Shown here one piece after another: positions 1-9,748 of a DNA stretch of 64,000 nucleotides. How positions within the stretch are numbered: the first letter of the stretch is position 1; every line of letters begins with the position of its first letter. This stretch comes from Cyanobacteriota bacterium. Lineage in GTDB: Bacteria > Cyanobacteriota > Cyanobacteriia > Cyanobacteriales > Nostocaceae. The stretch is taken from the NCBI GenBank assembly GCA_046045965.1, contig JBJOKS010000012.1:74793-138792 (forward strand). Direction: 5' to 3'. Below the pieces are notes generated by a model. The model saw only the letters and a program-made list of their open reading frames with translations. It was not told the origin of the DNA and made no database searches. Position numbers and translations under genes: made by a program.

Positions 1-494
1 TCACAAAAACTTTAAGCAATACTGCAACAGCACAGATAATTACTGATATATCACGCTATCCAGAAATTCGCAATCAAAAATGGTCTGATATTCACCAAAT
101 AAAACATTTTCCTGTAGAAATTATAGGTGGTGCTAAGGCCTTATCTATGGCTTACTCTCCTGGTTTGATGCAAGGAAGCAGTTTTTTTCAAATCCGTCTT
201 CAACAGCCTCCAGATCAGATTCAAAAATTACTTTCACAGTACAGTAAAATTGCAGTGCATCAGTATTGGGGAGGTGATACAAACGACCATATCAAACAGG
301 CTAATGGTGTACCCACAACTTTTTTTTATACTGGCAAATCTGAGGATCTAGCTTTTCCCAATACATATCAAATATTGGTATTAAAGGCACAAGATCAAGG
401 TCAGCCTGGGTTTCAATGGCAGCATGGTCATAGCTATGGAGTTGCTATTGATAGTTCAGCCTCAGAAATTATCTATTGGGTAGAGAAATGGTAA
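1..494 (+). CDS. Hypothetical protein, 5'-truncated by the window edge
   Basis: The frame of ORF 147..494 stays open back to position 3; no recognised motif. Confidence 0.6.
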   Translation, partial: TKTLSNTATAQIITDISRYPEIRNQKWSDIHQIKHFPVEIIGGAKALSMAYSPGLMQGSSFFQIRLQQPPDQIQKLLSQYSKIAVHQYWGGDTNDHIKQANGVPTTFFYTGKSEDLAFPNTYQILVLKAQDQGQPGFQWQHGHSYGVAIDSSASEIIYWVEKW

Positions 495-592
495 TTGGTA
501 ATTGGTAATTGGTAATTGGTAATGGGTAATTAGTAAACTTCCTTCAGTCACCAGTCACCAGTCACCAGTCCCCAGTCCCCAGTCCCCAGTCC
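489..592. repeat. STRR heptamer arrays (GGTAATT)n and (CAGTCAC/CAGTCCC)n
   Basis: Tandem 7-mers visible; typical of Nostocales. Confidence 0.9.
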
Positions 593-677
593 CTAACTAT
601 TACAGTTCGTTGCAAATCAATAAGCTAAGTAAAACAAATATGATAAGTTTTGATCATGTTCAGACAACCGCACAAAA

Positions 678-902
678 TTGATCAAGGAGAATACAGTGGC
701 AATGGAATCAAATGTATTAACTGGCGCAGTTGCAGAAAACCAAGATATCAGTGAATATGTGGCGCATCTACAATTGCACATGACACTCCAAGCTCGCAAC
801 CTGGTTCCAACCCTCAAACATATACAAGAAGATAGTCGCCAACAGTTACTTCATCAAACCCAAGCTTACTTTGAAAAGCTGGCTTCTCGACAGGGTTTAT
901 AG
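678..902 (+). CDS. Small conserved cyanobacterial protein (probable start ATG 702); tentatively NirP1-like
   Basis: AGGAG RBS before ATG 702; motif LQLHMTLQARNLVP...LLHQTQA.FEK; downstream hairpin. Confidence 0.65.
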   Translation: MIKENTVAMESNVLTGAVAENQDISEYVAHLQLHMTLQARNLVPTLKHIQEDSRQQLLHQTQAYFEKLASRQGL

Positions 903-947
903 AACCGTTTATAATATAGAAAAATTTCACAAAAAAATCATAAAATA

Positions 948-1001
948 GAAGCAGAAATGATGCTGTCTACGCTGACAGTGTCATCACAATTTCTGCTTTT
1001 T
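948..1001 (+). terminator. Hairpin with U-tract downstream of the small ORF
   Basis: aagcagaaat..ctgtc-loop-gacag..atttctgctt followed by T-run. Confidence 0.55.
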
Positions 1002-1137
1002 ATGCTTTTTTCGGTATGTAGTTGCGAAAATCACTCTTTTGGAGCAATAGCTAGGAGTGAAAAGCCGTTAAGATTATTATTGCAGCAGTACCTCACCGAT
1101 CGCAATTAGTAAAGGCTAAATGGCGGCTTGAATCAAA

Positions 1138-2370
1138 ATGAATTCACTACTTCCTCGAAATCTCAGCCTCGTAATTCGTCCCGTCCAATATCGGGATCTG
1201 GACGGTATTGAACGCCTCACACAAGATTCCTTTGCGGATCTATCTCCCAAAGGCAGCTTTTTTACCATACAATGGCTGCGTCACTGGTTTGGGTTGCTCA
1301 AGTTTTTGAGTTGGTTTCCCAACCCATTACAATATCGCTTCTGTGGATTTGTAGCAGAACAAGGGCGATCGCTGCTGGCGATGATTCAAGTGTCACCATT
1401 TAACCGTACCCGCAGCACTTGGCGCATTGACAGGGTGATGCTAGACCGTGCAGTTGATAAGCAAGGGGTAGGCTCACAACTGCTACGACACTGCTTTGAA
1501 TCAATTTTAGAAGCTCGTACCTGGCTACTAGAAGTTAATATTAATGATGTTGAAGCCCTAGCACTTTATCGGCAAAATGGCTTTCAGCGGTTGGCAGAAA
1601 TGACCTACTGGGAAATTAGCCCAGAGTTACTGCGGGAATTAGCACAAGCAGAACCAGACTTACCCAACCTCTTACCAGTCAGTAATGCTGATGCACCATT
1701 GTTATATCAACTAGATACAGCATCCATGCCGCCTTTGGTACGTCAGGTTTTTGACCGCCACACCCATGACTTCAAAACCAGTTTATTTGGCGTTCTCTCT
1801 GATGCGATTAAGCAATGGGTGACTAAAACAGAAGTTGTTAGCGGCTATGTGTTTGAACCCCAACGCAAAGCAGCTATTGGCTATTTTCAGGTACAACTTG
1901 ACCGGAAAGGCGAAAATCCTCATGTAGCGAGTTTGACGGTTCACCCGGCTTATACCTGGTTGTATCCAGAATTATTATCCCAACTAGCTCGCATCGCCCA
2001 AGATTTTCCCCAACAAGGTTTACAACTGGCTTCCTCTGATTATCAGCCAGAACGGGAAGAATATTTAGAAAGAATTGGTGCTAAACGCATTGAACATACA
2101 CTGATTATGTCCCGCTCAGTTTGGCATAAAATCCGCGAATCAAAATTAGTTTCCTTGGAAGGAATTCAGTGGCCGGAAGTGCTGCAAGGACTACAACCAG
2201 CACGTAAACCCATACCAGGGGGAATGTCATGGGTTCCCAAACACCAGCCCACCTCAGACCGCCCAGCACCAACTAAATCAGAAATTGTTGCATTTGGCAG
2301 TCAAAAATTTCATAATATGGAAATATCTCGCCAATCTGAACCACCAGAGGCACAGCAGGAGAATAATTAG
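1138..2370 (+). CDS. GNAT family N-acetyltransferase
   Basis: QGVGSQLL acetyl-CoA motif and ALALYRQNGF; usual position before ruvX. Confidence 0.85.
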   Translation: MNSLLPRNLSLVIRPVQYRDLDGIERLTQDSFADLSPKGSFFTIQWLRHWFGLLKFLSWFPNPLQYRFCGFVAEQGRSLLAMIQVSPFNRTRSTWRIDRVMLDRAVDKQGVGSQLLRHCFESILEARTWLLEVNINDVEALALYRQNGFQRLAEMTYWEISPELLRELAQAEPDLPNLLPVSNADAPLLYQLDTASMPPLVRQVFDRHTHDFKTSLFGVLSDAIKQWVTKTEVVSGYVFEPQRKAAIGYFQVQLDRKGENPHVASLTVHPAYTWLYPELLSQLARIAQDFPQQGLQLASSDYQPEREEYLERIGAKRIEHTLIMSRSVWHKIRESKLVSLEGIQWPEVLQGLQPARKPIPGGMSWVPKHQPTSDRPAPTKSEIVAFGSQKFHNMEISRQSEPPEAQQENN

Positions 2371-2371
2371 A

Positions 2372-2848
2372 GTGATACCTCAGCCGCAATCAAAATCTTT
2401 TATATCCGCCTTGGGTCTGGATGTCGGTAGCAAGCGCATCGGTCTGGCTGGGTGTGATGGTACTGGTTTGATTGCCACAGGTATAACTACAATAGAACGC
2501 AGATCCTTTCAAGAGGATGTAGAGCAAATACAACAAATTTTGCATGAACGCCAAGTTCAAGTTCTGGTGGTTGGTCTACCATATTCAATGGATGGATCTT
2601 TAGGGTTTCAAGCTCGACACGTCCAGAAATTTGCTAAGAGGTTGGCTAAAGCTGTGCAACTGCCTGTGGAATACGTCGATGAGCGATTAACTTCTTTTCA
2701 GGCAGAACAAATGCTGATTGCGGAAAATCGCTCTCCATCACGTCATAAGGGTTTGATTGACCGGAAAGCCGCAGCTTTAATTTTGCAACAGTGGCTAGAT
2801 GCTAGACGCAGCACCGCCAACAGATCAGTAGCATTTGTTGAGGATTAA
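2372..2848 (+). CDS. ruvX: Holliday junction resolvase-like / pre-16S rRNA nuclease YqgF (probable GTG start 2372)
   Basis: LGLDVGSKRIGLA, VVGLP, DERLTS and ID..AAALILQ motifs. Confidence 0.95.
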   Translation: MIPQPQSKSFISALGLDVGSKRIGLAGCDGTGLIATGITTIERRSFQEDVEQIQQILHERQVQVLVVGLPYSMDGSLGFQARHVQKFAKRLAKAVQLPVEYVDERLTSFQAEQMLIAENRSPSRHKGLIDRKAAALILQQWLDARRSTANRSVAFVED

Positions 2849-2973
2849 TACCTTTGAACATGGTATTCTAAAAACTATTACTCAACTGTATATCCAGCTT
2901 TTTAGCTGACATTGGCTGTCATAAAACAGTTAAATGATTTGCATAGGTTTGAGTATTGATAAATTTACATAAT

Positions 2974-3552
2974 ATGACTATGTATTACTCTGAATTTTCT
3001 GAAGAACATGATCGTGCTGATGCTGATGTTATTACCTTGACAGATGAAAAAGGGCGATCGCTCGAATGTTATATTGAGCATTCCCTCTCGGTAGACGGAC
3101 AAGAATATGTTTTACTTCTACCTGTTGATACCCCAATAGAAATTTTTGCTTGGGAAGGTGATGGCGAAGAAGAAGAAGCAATTTTGGTAGAAGATGATGC
3201 CATCATTGACGAGATTTTTACCACCGCTCAAGCAGTTCTCTCTGAGCAAAATTTGATCATCAAAAATACTGCTTATGCTTTGACAGTAGCCGGTGAATTG
3301 CCACCAGTAGAAGAATCAGAAATCTTCACCCTAGAAATTGAAGATGAAGAAGCTGATTTGGAACCGGAGCAACTACAGCTACTGGCTAGTTTCTATCATC
3401 AAAACCAAGAGTATGCAGTTTACACCCCCCTCGATCCGCTGCTGTTTTTTGCCCGCATTACCAAGTTAGGTGAGCCTAAATTGCTCTCTCCCGAAGAATT
3501 CCGTCAAGTCCAACCGCTCTTAGAAGAACATCTGTTTAATCAGGTGGAATAA
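2974..3552 (+). CDS. DUF3727/DUF1292 acidic protein
   Basis: TLTDEKGRSLECYIE and YAVYTPLDPLLFFAR; syntenic with ruvX and yqeG. Confidence 0.8.
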   Translation: MTMYYSEFSEEHDRADADVITLTDEKGRSLECYIEHSLSVDGQEYVLLLPVDTPIEIFAWEGDGEEEEAILVEDDAIIDEIFTTAQAVLSEQNLIIKNTAYALTVAGELPPVEESEIFTLEIEDEEADLEPEQLQLLASFYHQNQEYAVYTPLDPLLFFARITKLGEPKLLSPEEFRQVQPLLEEHLFNQVE

Positions 3553-3763
3553 TGAGCAAGTAAAATGAATTTTTCCATTGCTAATCTCCTCTTAATTAGC
3601 AGTGGAATTTTGTTACAGTAGGCAGGAGGCAGGAGGCAGGAGGCAGGAGGCAGGAGGTAAATATTTTTCCCTATCTCCCCTACACCCTACACCCTACAGC
3701 CTATTCCTTGTCACCTGTCACCTGTTCCCTGTTCCCTGATGTATGAATTATGAATTATGAATT

Positions 3764-4306
3764 ATGATGACTTGGAATAATCTCTTACAGCCTGACTTGA
3801 TTTTAGAAGGTTCAGTGTTGAACCTGACACCAGATATCATCCAACAATATGGACTCAAAGGGCTAGTATTGGATGTAGATGAAACCTTAGTACCAATTAC
3901 TGTCAGTACAGCTTCCCCAGAAATGCAAAAGTGGGTAGAAGAAATGCGTTGCTGTGCTGCACTGTGGTTAGTTAGCAACAACTTAAGTGAAACCCGAATT
4001 GGTAGTATTGCTCGTTCTTTGAATCTCCCCTACTATCTGGGTGCTGCTAAACCCTCACGGCGCAAACTTAGGGCAGCACTGCAAGGTATGAATTTACCTG
4101 TACATCAAGTGGGTATGGTAGGCGATCGCTTGTTTACCGATGTTATAGCAGGTAATCGCTTAGGAATGTTTACAATCTTAGTAGAACCAATTGTTCATGC
4201 AGATACCGTCCTTCGTTCTCATCCTATCCGCAACTTTGAAGTCTGGGTATCAGAAATACTCGGCGCTTCTATCACTCCCAAGCACACAAAAATTAACAAA
4301 GATTGA
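3764..4306 (+). CDS. yqeG: YqeG family HAD IIIA phosphatase
   Basis: DVDETL, VSNN, AAKP and VGDRLFTDV motifs. Confidence 0.92.
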   Translation: MMTWNNLLQPDLILEGSVLNLTPDIIQQYGLKGLVLDVDETLVPITVSTASPEMQKWVEEMRCCAALWLVSNNLSETRIGSIARSLNLPYYLGAAKPSRRKLRAALQGMNLPVHQVGMVGDRLFTDVIAGNRLGMFTILVEPIVHADTVLRSHPIRNFEVWVSEILGASITPKHTKINKD

Positions 4307-4550
4307 TAAATCATTAGAAAACTAAATCTAAAGAAATACTTAAGAAATCTCAAGTTTCTCCCAAAATCGGAGACTATAAGTATTAATAACATCGGGTCAA
4401 GCAAATAAAGACCCTAGACGATAACAGATAAACATAAACCCGTACAGCGTCAACCTTCACCATAGAGGGATTGGCGCTGTACAATTTTTTAGGTATTGAT
4501 AGGTGACAGGTGACAGAAGAGAATAACAAATAGCTAATGACTAATGACTA

Positions 4551-5660
4551 ATGACTAAAACAATTGTTGTTAAAATCGGTACATCTAGCCTGACGCAACC
4601 AGAAACGGGACAATTAGCCCTTTCTACTATTGCCAGCTTAACGGAAACCCTATGTAATTTAAGACACCAAAGGCATAATGTAATTTTAGTTTCCTCTGGT
4701 GCTGTGGGAGTGGGTTGTGCGCGTCTGGGTTTAACAGAACGTCCCAAGGCGATCGCCCTCAAACAAGCAGTAGCAGCAGTTGGGCAAGGTCGCTTAATGC
4801 GTATATATGACGATTTATTTACTACCTTGCAACAACCAATAGCCCAAGTATTATTAACGAGAGCAGATTTAGTACAACGTAGCCGCTATCTTAATGCTTA
4901 TAATACTTTTCAGGAATTACTAGGACTGGGAGTAATTCCCATAGTTAACGAAAATGATACAGTTGCAGTAGAAGAATTAAAATTTGGCGATAATGACACC
5001 CTTTCCGCCTTAGTTGCCAGCTTAGTCGAAGCAGATTGGTTATTTTTACTGACAGACGTTGATAGATTATATTCAGCAGATCCCCGGACTGTACCCGATG
5101 CTCGTCCTATCAGTTTAATCAGTAATATGAAGGAATTAGCGGAATTACAGATTCAAACTGGGGGACAGGGTTCACAGTGGGGTACTGGGGGGATGGTAAC
5201 AAAAATATCCGCTGCCAGAATTGCGATCGCTGCGGGAGTGAGAACTGTAATAACTCAAGGACGTTTTCCCCACAACATTGAAAAAATTATTCAAGGGGAA
5301 CTCATAGGAACACACTTTGCACCCCAACCAGAACCTACATCAGCGAGAAAACGCTGGATAGCGTATGGTTTAGTTCCAGCAGGGAAATTATATTTAGATG
5401 ATGGTGCAATTACAGCTATTTCTCAAGCAGGAAAATCCTTATTACCAGCAGGAATTAAAACAGTAGAAGGGGAATTTGATAACCAAGAAGCAGTGCAGAT
5501 ATGTGATAGTAATGGTAATGAAATTGCCAGAGGTTTGGTGAATTATAACAGCGAAGAACTACAAAAAATTCGTGGTTGTCATTCACGGGATATTGAAGGA
5601 ATTTTAGGTTATGCAGGTGCAGAAACCGTCATTCATAGAGATAATTTAGTTTTAACATAA
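4551..5660 (+). CDS. proB: Glutamate 5-kinase with PUA domain
   Basis: [32 protein letters not shown] and IHRDNL. Confidence 0.98.
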   Translation: MTKTIVVKIGTSSLTQPETGQLALSTIASLTETLCNLRHQRHNVILVSSGAVGVGCARLGLTERPKAIALKQAVAAVGQGRLMRIYDDLFTTLQQPIAQVLLTRADLVQRSRYLNAYNTFQELLGLGVIPIVNENDTVAVEELKFGDNDTLSALVASLVEADWLFLLTDVDRLYSADPRTVPDARPISLISNMKELAELQIQTGGQGSQWGTGGMVTKISAARIAIAAGVRTVITQGRFPHNIEKIIQGELIGTHFAPQPEPTSARKRWIAYGLVPAGKLYLDDGAITAISQAGKSLLPAGIKTVEGEFDNQEAVQICDSNGNEIARGLVNYNSEELQKIRGCHSRDIEGILGYAGAETVIHRDNLVLT

Positions 5661-5809
5661 AATCAATATTAGCCCCTTTTTTAAGGGGGGTTGGGGGGAT
5701 ATAATTTTTGGGAATCTTGCAATTCCTACAAGGTTTGATATGACTGAACCGCAAAGAACGCAAAGGACACAAAGGTAAGAGGATTTAAGAGAGTTGAATT
5801 TTTACCATA

Positions 5810-5841
5810 AACTGTATTCCCTGTCAGAGACAGGGGACAAG
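5810..5841 (+). repeat. 32-bp direct repeat, copy 1
   Basis: aactgtattccctgtcagagacaggggacaag; one mismatch to 6764-6795. Confidence 0.9.
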
Positions 5842-5872
5842 AAAATATAAAGGTTGATAAATTAGCGGTAGC

Positions 5873-6247
5873 ATGGAGGTGTGGGTGAGTCGATTATCTG
5901 AAGAGGAGATTTTTCAAGAAATTGGTAAAATAATTCAAAATTTTGACCTTTATCAATGTGATGATTGTGCTAGGGCTATATACCAATGGTTACAAAATAA
6001 CAATATTCAAGCTAAAATTCTCAAATTAAAAACAAAAAACAGAACAGATGAATATATTTTGAGTAATCGTTTAGAAAGACAGGATATCACAAATTCAATT
6101 ACACAAAATGGTACTCATTATGGAGTGGAAGTTTTCGGTAAAGTTTTTGATAATCTCTCAGTTGAAGGAATGACGCGAGAAGATTGGGTGAATGATTTTG
6201 ATTGTCTCAGCCGTGAGTTTATTATCACTGAAATAGATTTGCTATAG
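5873..6247 (+). CDS. Papain-fold toxin 2 (Tox-PL-2)-like standalone protein
   Basis: C..CA, HYGVEV and VFDN resemble a Cys-His-Asp papain triad. Confidence 0.7.
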   Translation: MEVWVSRLSEEEIFQEIGKIIQNFDLYQCDDCARAIYQWLQNNNIQAKILKLKTKNRTDEYILSNRLERQDITNSITQNGTHYGVEVFGKVFDNLSVEGMTREDWVNDFDCLSREFIITEIDLL

Positions 6248-6280
6248 TAAGAGAATCACAACCATAGTCAGGAGGTTAAT

Positions 6281-6649
6281 ATGGCAGGAATATATGAAGT
6301 TTTACAGAAAATCAAAGATAGACCAGGAATGTATATTGGTAATTCTTCCATTACTGTTTTACGTCATTTTTTAGTAGGATATAAATTCGCCAGGAATGAG
6401 TTAGGAGTGGAATTAAATCAGGAAGAAGCAGATTTTTACGAAAATTTTCAGCCTTGGATACAGCAACATTTTAATGTGAGAACTTCCAATTCTTGGGCGA
6501 ATATTATTTTGCTATTTACTCGTGATGAAAAAGATGCTTTTAACAGGTTTTTTACTTTGTTAGAGGAATTTCAACAGCGTGATCAAAATCAAGATATAAA
6601 AGCTACGCGGAAAGAATTTGATCATGAAAACCTACTATCAAAATTATGA
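6281..6649 (+). CDS. Hypothetical protein, probable cognate immunity protein
   Basis: AGGAGG RBS; directly follows the toxin; RPGMYIG and W..II motifs. Confidence 0.55.
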   Translation: MAGIYEVLQKIKDRPGMYIGNSSITVLRHFLVGYKFARNELGVELNQEEADFYENFQPWIQQHFNVRTSNSWANIILLFTRDEKDAFNRFFTLLEEFQQRDQNQDIKATRKEFDHENLLSKL

Positions 6650-6682
6650 AAAATGATACAAATATATATTCTCCTCCTTCTC

Positions 6683-6795
6683 CTCGTTCCCAGGTTCTAC
6701 CTGGGAATGCAATCAAGAAGGCTCTGCCTTCTGCTAACATTAAACATGAGTCAGAGACTCATTAACTGTATTCCCTGTCAGAGACAGGGAACAAG
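6683..6795. repeat. Palindromic dispersed repeat ending in the 32-bp direct repeat copy 2
   Basis: Ends ctcgttccc...gggaacaag with several internal hairpins. Confidence 0.75.
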
Positions 6796-6798
6796 TAA

Positions 6799-8370
6799 TT
6801 AAACTTTTGCCTGATTCAAATTCACAACATCTTGTAATCTCGAAATCACAAAAGACTTCTCTAAATAAGAGAACAAACCACCAGCTTTTGGACCACGTTC
6901 TTTATTTAAAAACGCCAAATATAAGGCTTTAAAAGCATTCGCTGGAGGTATTTGTAATTCCTTAGTAGTTGAGAAAATCACAGTTTGCAATGCTTCCGCT
7001 TCCCAGTTAGCAGCATTTTCTAAATTCTCCGCTAACTTCTGTACATAAGTAACCTGTTCAGCAGTTAAGGTATTAGCTTTTTCGGGAACTTGTTCTAAGT
7101 AAAGAACTAACTTTTCTTCTTCATCAGCGTAATCTTGCAACCATTTTTGAGCAGAAGCGATTCTTTGATCTACAATGAATTGATCATACTCATTTAAAGG
7201 CTGTTGACTACGTTGTACAACCTCATCCTGAATATTTAAACGCGGAACTTGCAACAGCGAAATCAATGTACTGTAATCAAAAGGTTGGAAAGGTTTAATT
7301 TCATCACCCAATTGAGCATAAAATAAAGACATTAATTCTTCAGTTAATTCAGAATTATCTTGATACTTACTAATTAAAGTATCGTAATCCCTAAATAACC
7401 GAGTAACTGTTTCATAGTTGGGAGAAAAATTAATTACTGTTCTGGGTTGCGTTCTTAACATTAAAAACCGTAATAACTCAGGTGGTAATAAATCCGCAAT
7501 TTCCCTAGCACTAGAACCCACACCCTTAGATGAACTCATTTTTGTGCCATTAACAAGAATAAATTCATAAGGTGAATGAAAAGGCGGTTGTTTTTGTAAA
7601 ACTTTGCGAGAAATAGCATTTGCAACATCCCTAGAACCACCTTTTTGAGAGTGGTCTTTTCCTGCCATTTCAATAGTTACACCTAACACATCCCATTTAG
7701 CTACCCATTCCACTTTCCAGGGTAATTTACCATTACCATTAAAAGGAGAAACCCAACCAGAATGACCACAACCTTTTGTATAGTCAGTTGCATCTGGGTT
7801 ACAAGTGTAAAAAACTTCTGAACCGTTATAATCTGTGGTTACAGTTGTGGCGATTTTACCGCAATTTTCACAAATAACTTGAAAAGGATACCAGTTATTG
7901 GGTCGGTCTGCTTTACTTACTTCTTTATATGCTTCTCTGACAAGATGAGCATTTTTTAAGAAAGTGTCAATGTGGGAATTAAGTTTACCAGAACGATATA
8001 AATCACGTAAAAAATAAGTTTCTGGTTTAATTCCTAAATACTCGAAAATTTCAAAAAATTCGCCAATGAAATATTTAGCATAATCACTCGCACCCTCACC
8101 AGGAGAAGGTACATTACACAGTGGAAAACCCAAATATGGTTTAAATTTTTCTTTGTCTAAATATTTGGGAACGGTATCCAACGCGTCGTAGTCATCCACA
8201 CCGTACATGAATTTTACGGGCTTACCTGCGTGTTTTAAGGCACGGTAAATAACGTCATGGATAACCACACCCCGCAATGATCCGACGTGTACTCTCCCTG
8301 AAGGAGTTTTAGAATCATTAACTACCTGGTAGCCTTGTGCATCAGCAGCGATTTTATCAGCCCAAAACAT
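6799..8370 (-). CDS. lysS: Lysine--tRNA ligase, class I
   Basis: MFWAD start, TPSGRVHVGS (HIGH-like), KMSSSKG (KMSKS-like), CENC zinc ribbon, GKLPWKVEW, GKDH and GPK. Confidence 0.95.
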   Translation of the reverse strand: MFWADKIAADAQGYQVVNDSKTPSGRVHVGSLRGVVIHDVIYRALKHAGKPVKFMYGVDDYDALDTVPKYLDKEKFKPYLGFPLCNVPSPGEGASDYAKYFIGEFFEIFEYLGIKPETYFLRDLYRSGKLNSHIDTFLKNAHLVREAYKEVSKADRPNNWYPFQVICENCGKIATTVTTDYNGSEVFYTCNPDATDYTKGCGHSGWVSPFNGNGKLPWKVEWVAKWDVLGVTIEMAGKDHSQKGGSRDVANAISRKVLQKQPPFHSPYEFILVNGTKMSSSKGVGSSAREIADLLPPELLRFLMLRTQPRTVINFSPNYETVTRLFRDYDTLISKYQDNSELTEELMSLFYAQLGDEIKPFQPFDYSTLISLLQVPRLNIQDEVVQRSQQPLNEYDQFIVDQRIASAQKWLQDYADEEEKLVLYLEQVPEKANTLTAEQVTYVQKLAENLENAANWEAEALQTVIFSTTKELQIPPANAFKALYLAFLNKERGPKAGGLFSYLEKSFVISRLQDVVNLNQAKV

Positions 8371-8545
8371 TTGTCATATATCTTTTCACAATCCCTCTAT
8401 TTTAACTCTATGCTCAATTATTGATGATTTTTTTCTCAAAGTGAATTTTTTAACTAACCGCAGAGACGCAGAGGACACAGAGAGAAGAAAAAATGCTTAA
8501 CTGAACTGTATTGGTTCATATACAGAATTTAAAGCAAATTGATGA

Positions 8546-9367
8546 TTACTGTTCATTTTTTGTCAATTCCTGTACAGCGTTTCTGGTAATTTCTTGGATG
8601 GTTGCTAAATTTGGTGGTTGAGTTTCACTTTCCATATTTAACCATAAAAGATATTCAATATTTCCCGCAGGTCCTGTGATGGGAGAAAACGTTAAACCAC
8701 GATATTTCCATCCTAATTCTAACGCAGTTTGTAAAACCTGAAAAATTGCATCGGCATGGTCTTTTGAATCACGCACTACACCTTTTTTACCTACACGGTT
8801 TTTACCAACTTCAAACTGTGGTTTTACTAATAAAATTACTTCCCTTGGTGTTTGGGTTAAACGCCAAATTGCTGGTAAAACTTTAGTTAGGGAAATAAAG
8901 GAAACATCAACAACTGCTAAATCTGGAAATGTTGTTCCATCTGTATATAATTGTTCTGGTTCTAGTTCTCGTAAATTGGTACGTTCTTTTAAAATAACTC
9001 GTTCATCATTTCTAATTTTCCAGTCAACTTGTCCATAACCCACATCAATTCCATAAACTTGGGTTGCACCATTTTGTAATAAACAATCTGTAAAACCACC
9101 TGTAGATATTCCCCCATCTAAACAAATACGTTCATTGGCGGAAATTCCAAAAAAGGCTAAAGCTTTCGATAGTTTTTCGCCACCACGGGAAACAAAAGGA
9201 GGACGTTCTTTAACTACTATTTGTGCTGCTGTATCTACCTCAGTTCCAGGTTTATCTATCAGTTGTTCATTTACCTTCACTTCCCCAGCTTGAATTAGTC
9301 TTTGTGCTTGTTGACGGGAAGGACATAAACCCAAATCTACTAATAATGTATCTAGTCTTTGTTTCAT
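8546..9367 (-). CDS. tlyA: TlyA family rRNA 2'-O-methyltransferase
   Basis: S4 domain, FVSRGGEKL, D.G.STGGFTD, DVSFISL, VKPQFE and GNIEYL. Confidence 0.95.
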   Translation of the reverse strand: MKQRLDTLLVDLGLCPSRQQAQRLIQAGEVKVNEQLIDKPGTEVDTAAQIVVKERPPFVSRGGEKLSKALAFFGISANERICLDGGISTGGFTDCLLQNGATQVYGIDVGYGQVDWKIRNDERVILKERTNLRELEPEQLYTDGTTFPDLAVVDVSFISLTKVLPAIWRLTQTPREVILLVKPQFEVGKNRVGKKGVVRDSKDHADAIFQVLQTALELGWKYRGLTFSPITGPAGNIEYLLWLNMESETQPPNLATIQEITRNAVQELTKNEQ

Positions 9368-9453
9368 ATAGCAGGGAACAGGGAACAGGGAACAGAGAAG
9401 AGATTTTGGGATATTTTACTTTTCGTTACATACTTCGTTTTTTTTCTGTTCAC

Positions 9454-9655
9454 CTACTTATATTCTCCTCTATATCTTCGTCCATATCCTTCGGATATAT
9501 TAGCACCGAATAGATACAGCACTTCTTCTAATTTGTTGAACCATACCATATAACTCATCTTTGGGAAAAAGTTTAGTGAGGAAATAGCATCTTTGAGCAA
9601 TATCCATTCCTTTTTGCCAAATTATTAAGTCTTTAAAGTCATTAATATCTGACAT
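9454..9655 (-). pseudogene. Four-helix-bundle (23S rRNA IVP/S23 family) protein remnant, frameshifted and truncated
   Basis: Manual translation MSDINDFKDLIIWQKGMDIAQRCYFLTKLFPKDELYGMVQQIRRSAVSI-(frameshift)-ANISEGYGRRYRGEYK*. Confidence 0.85.
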
Positions 9656-9748
9656 TCTTCCTGTTCCCTGTTCCCTGTTCCCTGTTCCCTTCTCTCAACT
9701 TATCACTTTAGCATAACAAGTACCGAAGAACCAAATTTTCTTGATTCC

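Noticed and set aside
9223..9553. Plus-strand ORFs 9223..9513 and 9359..9553
   Set aside because: Translations of STRR and of the antisense strand of tlyA and the pseudogene
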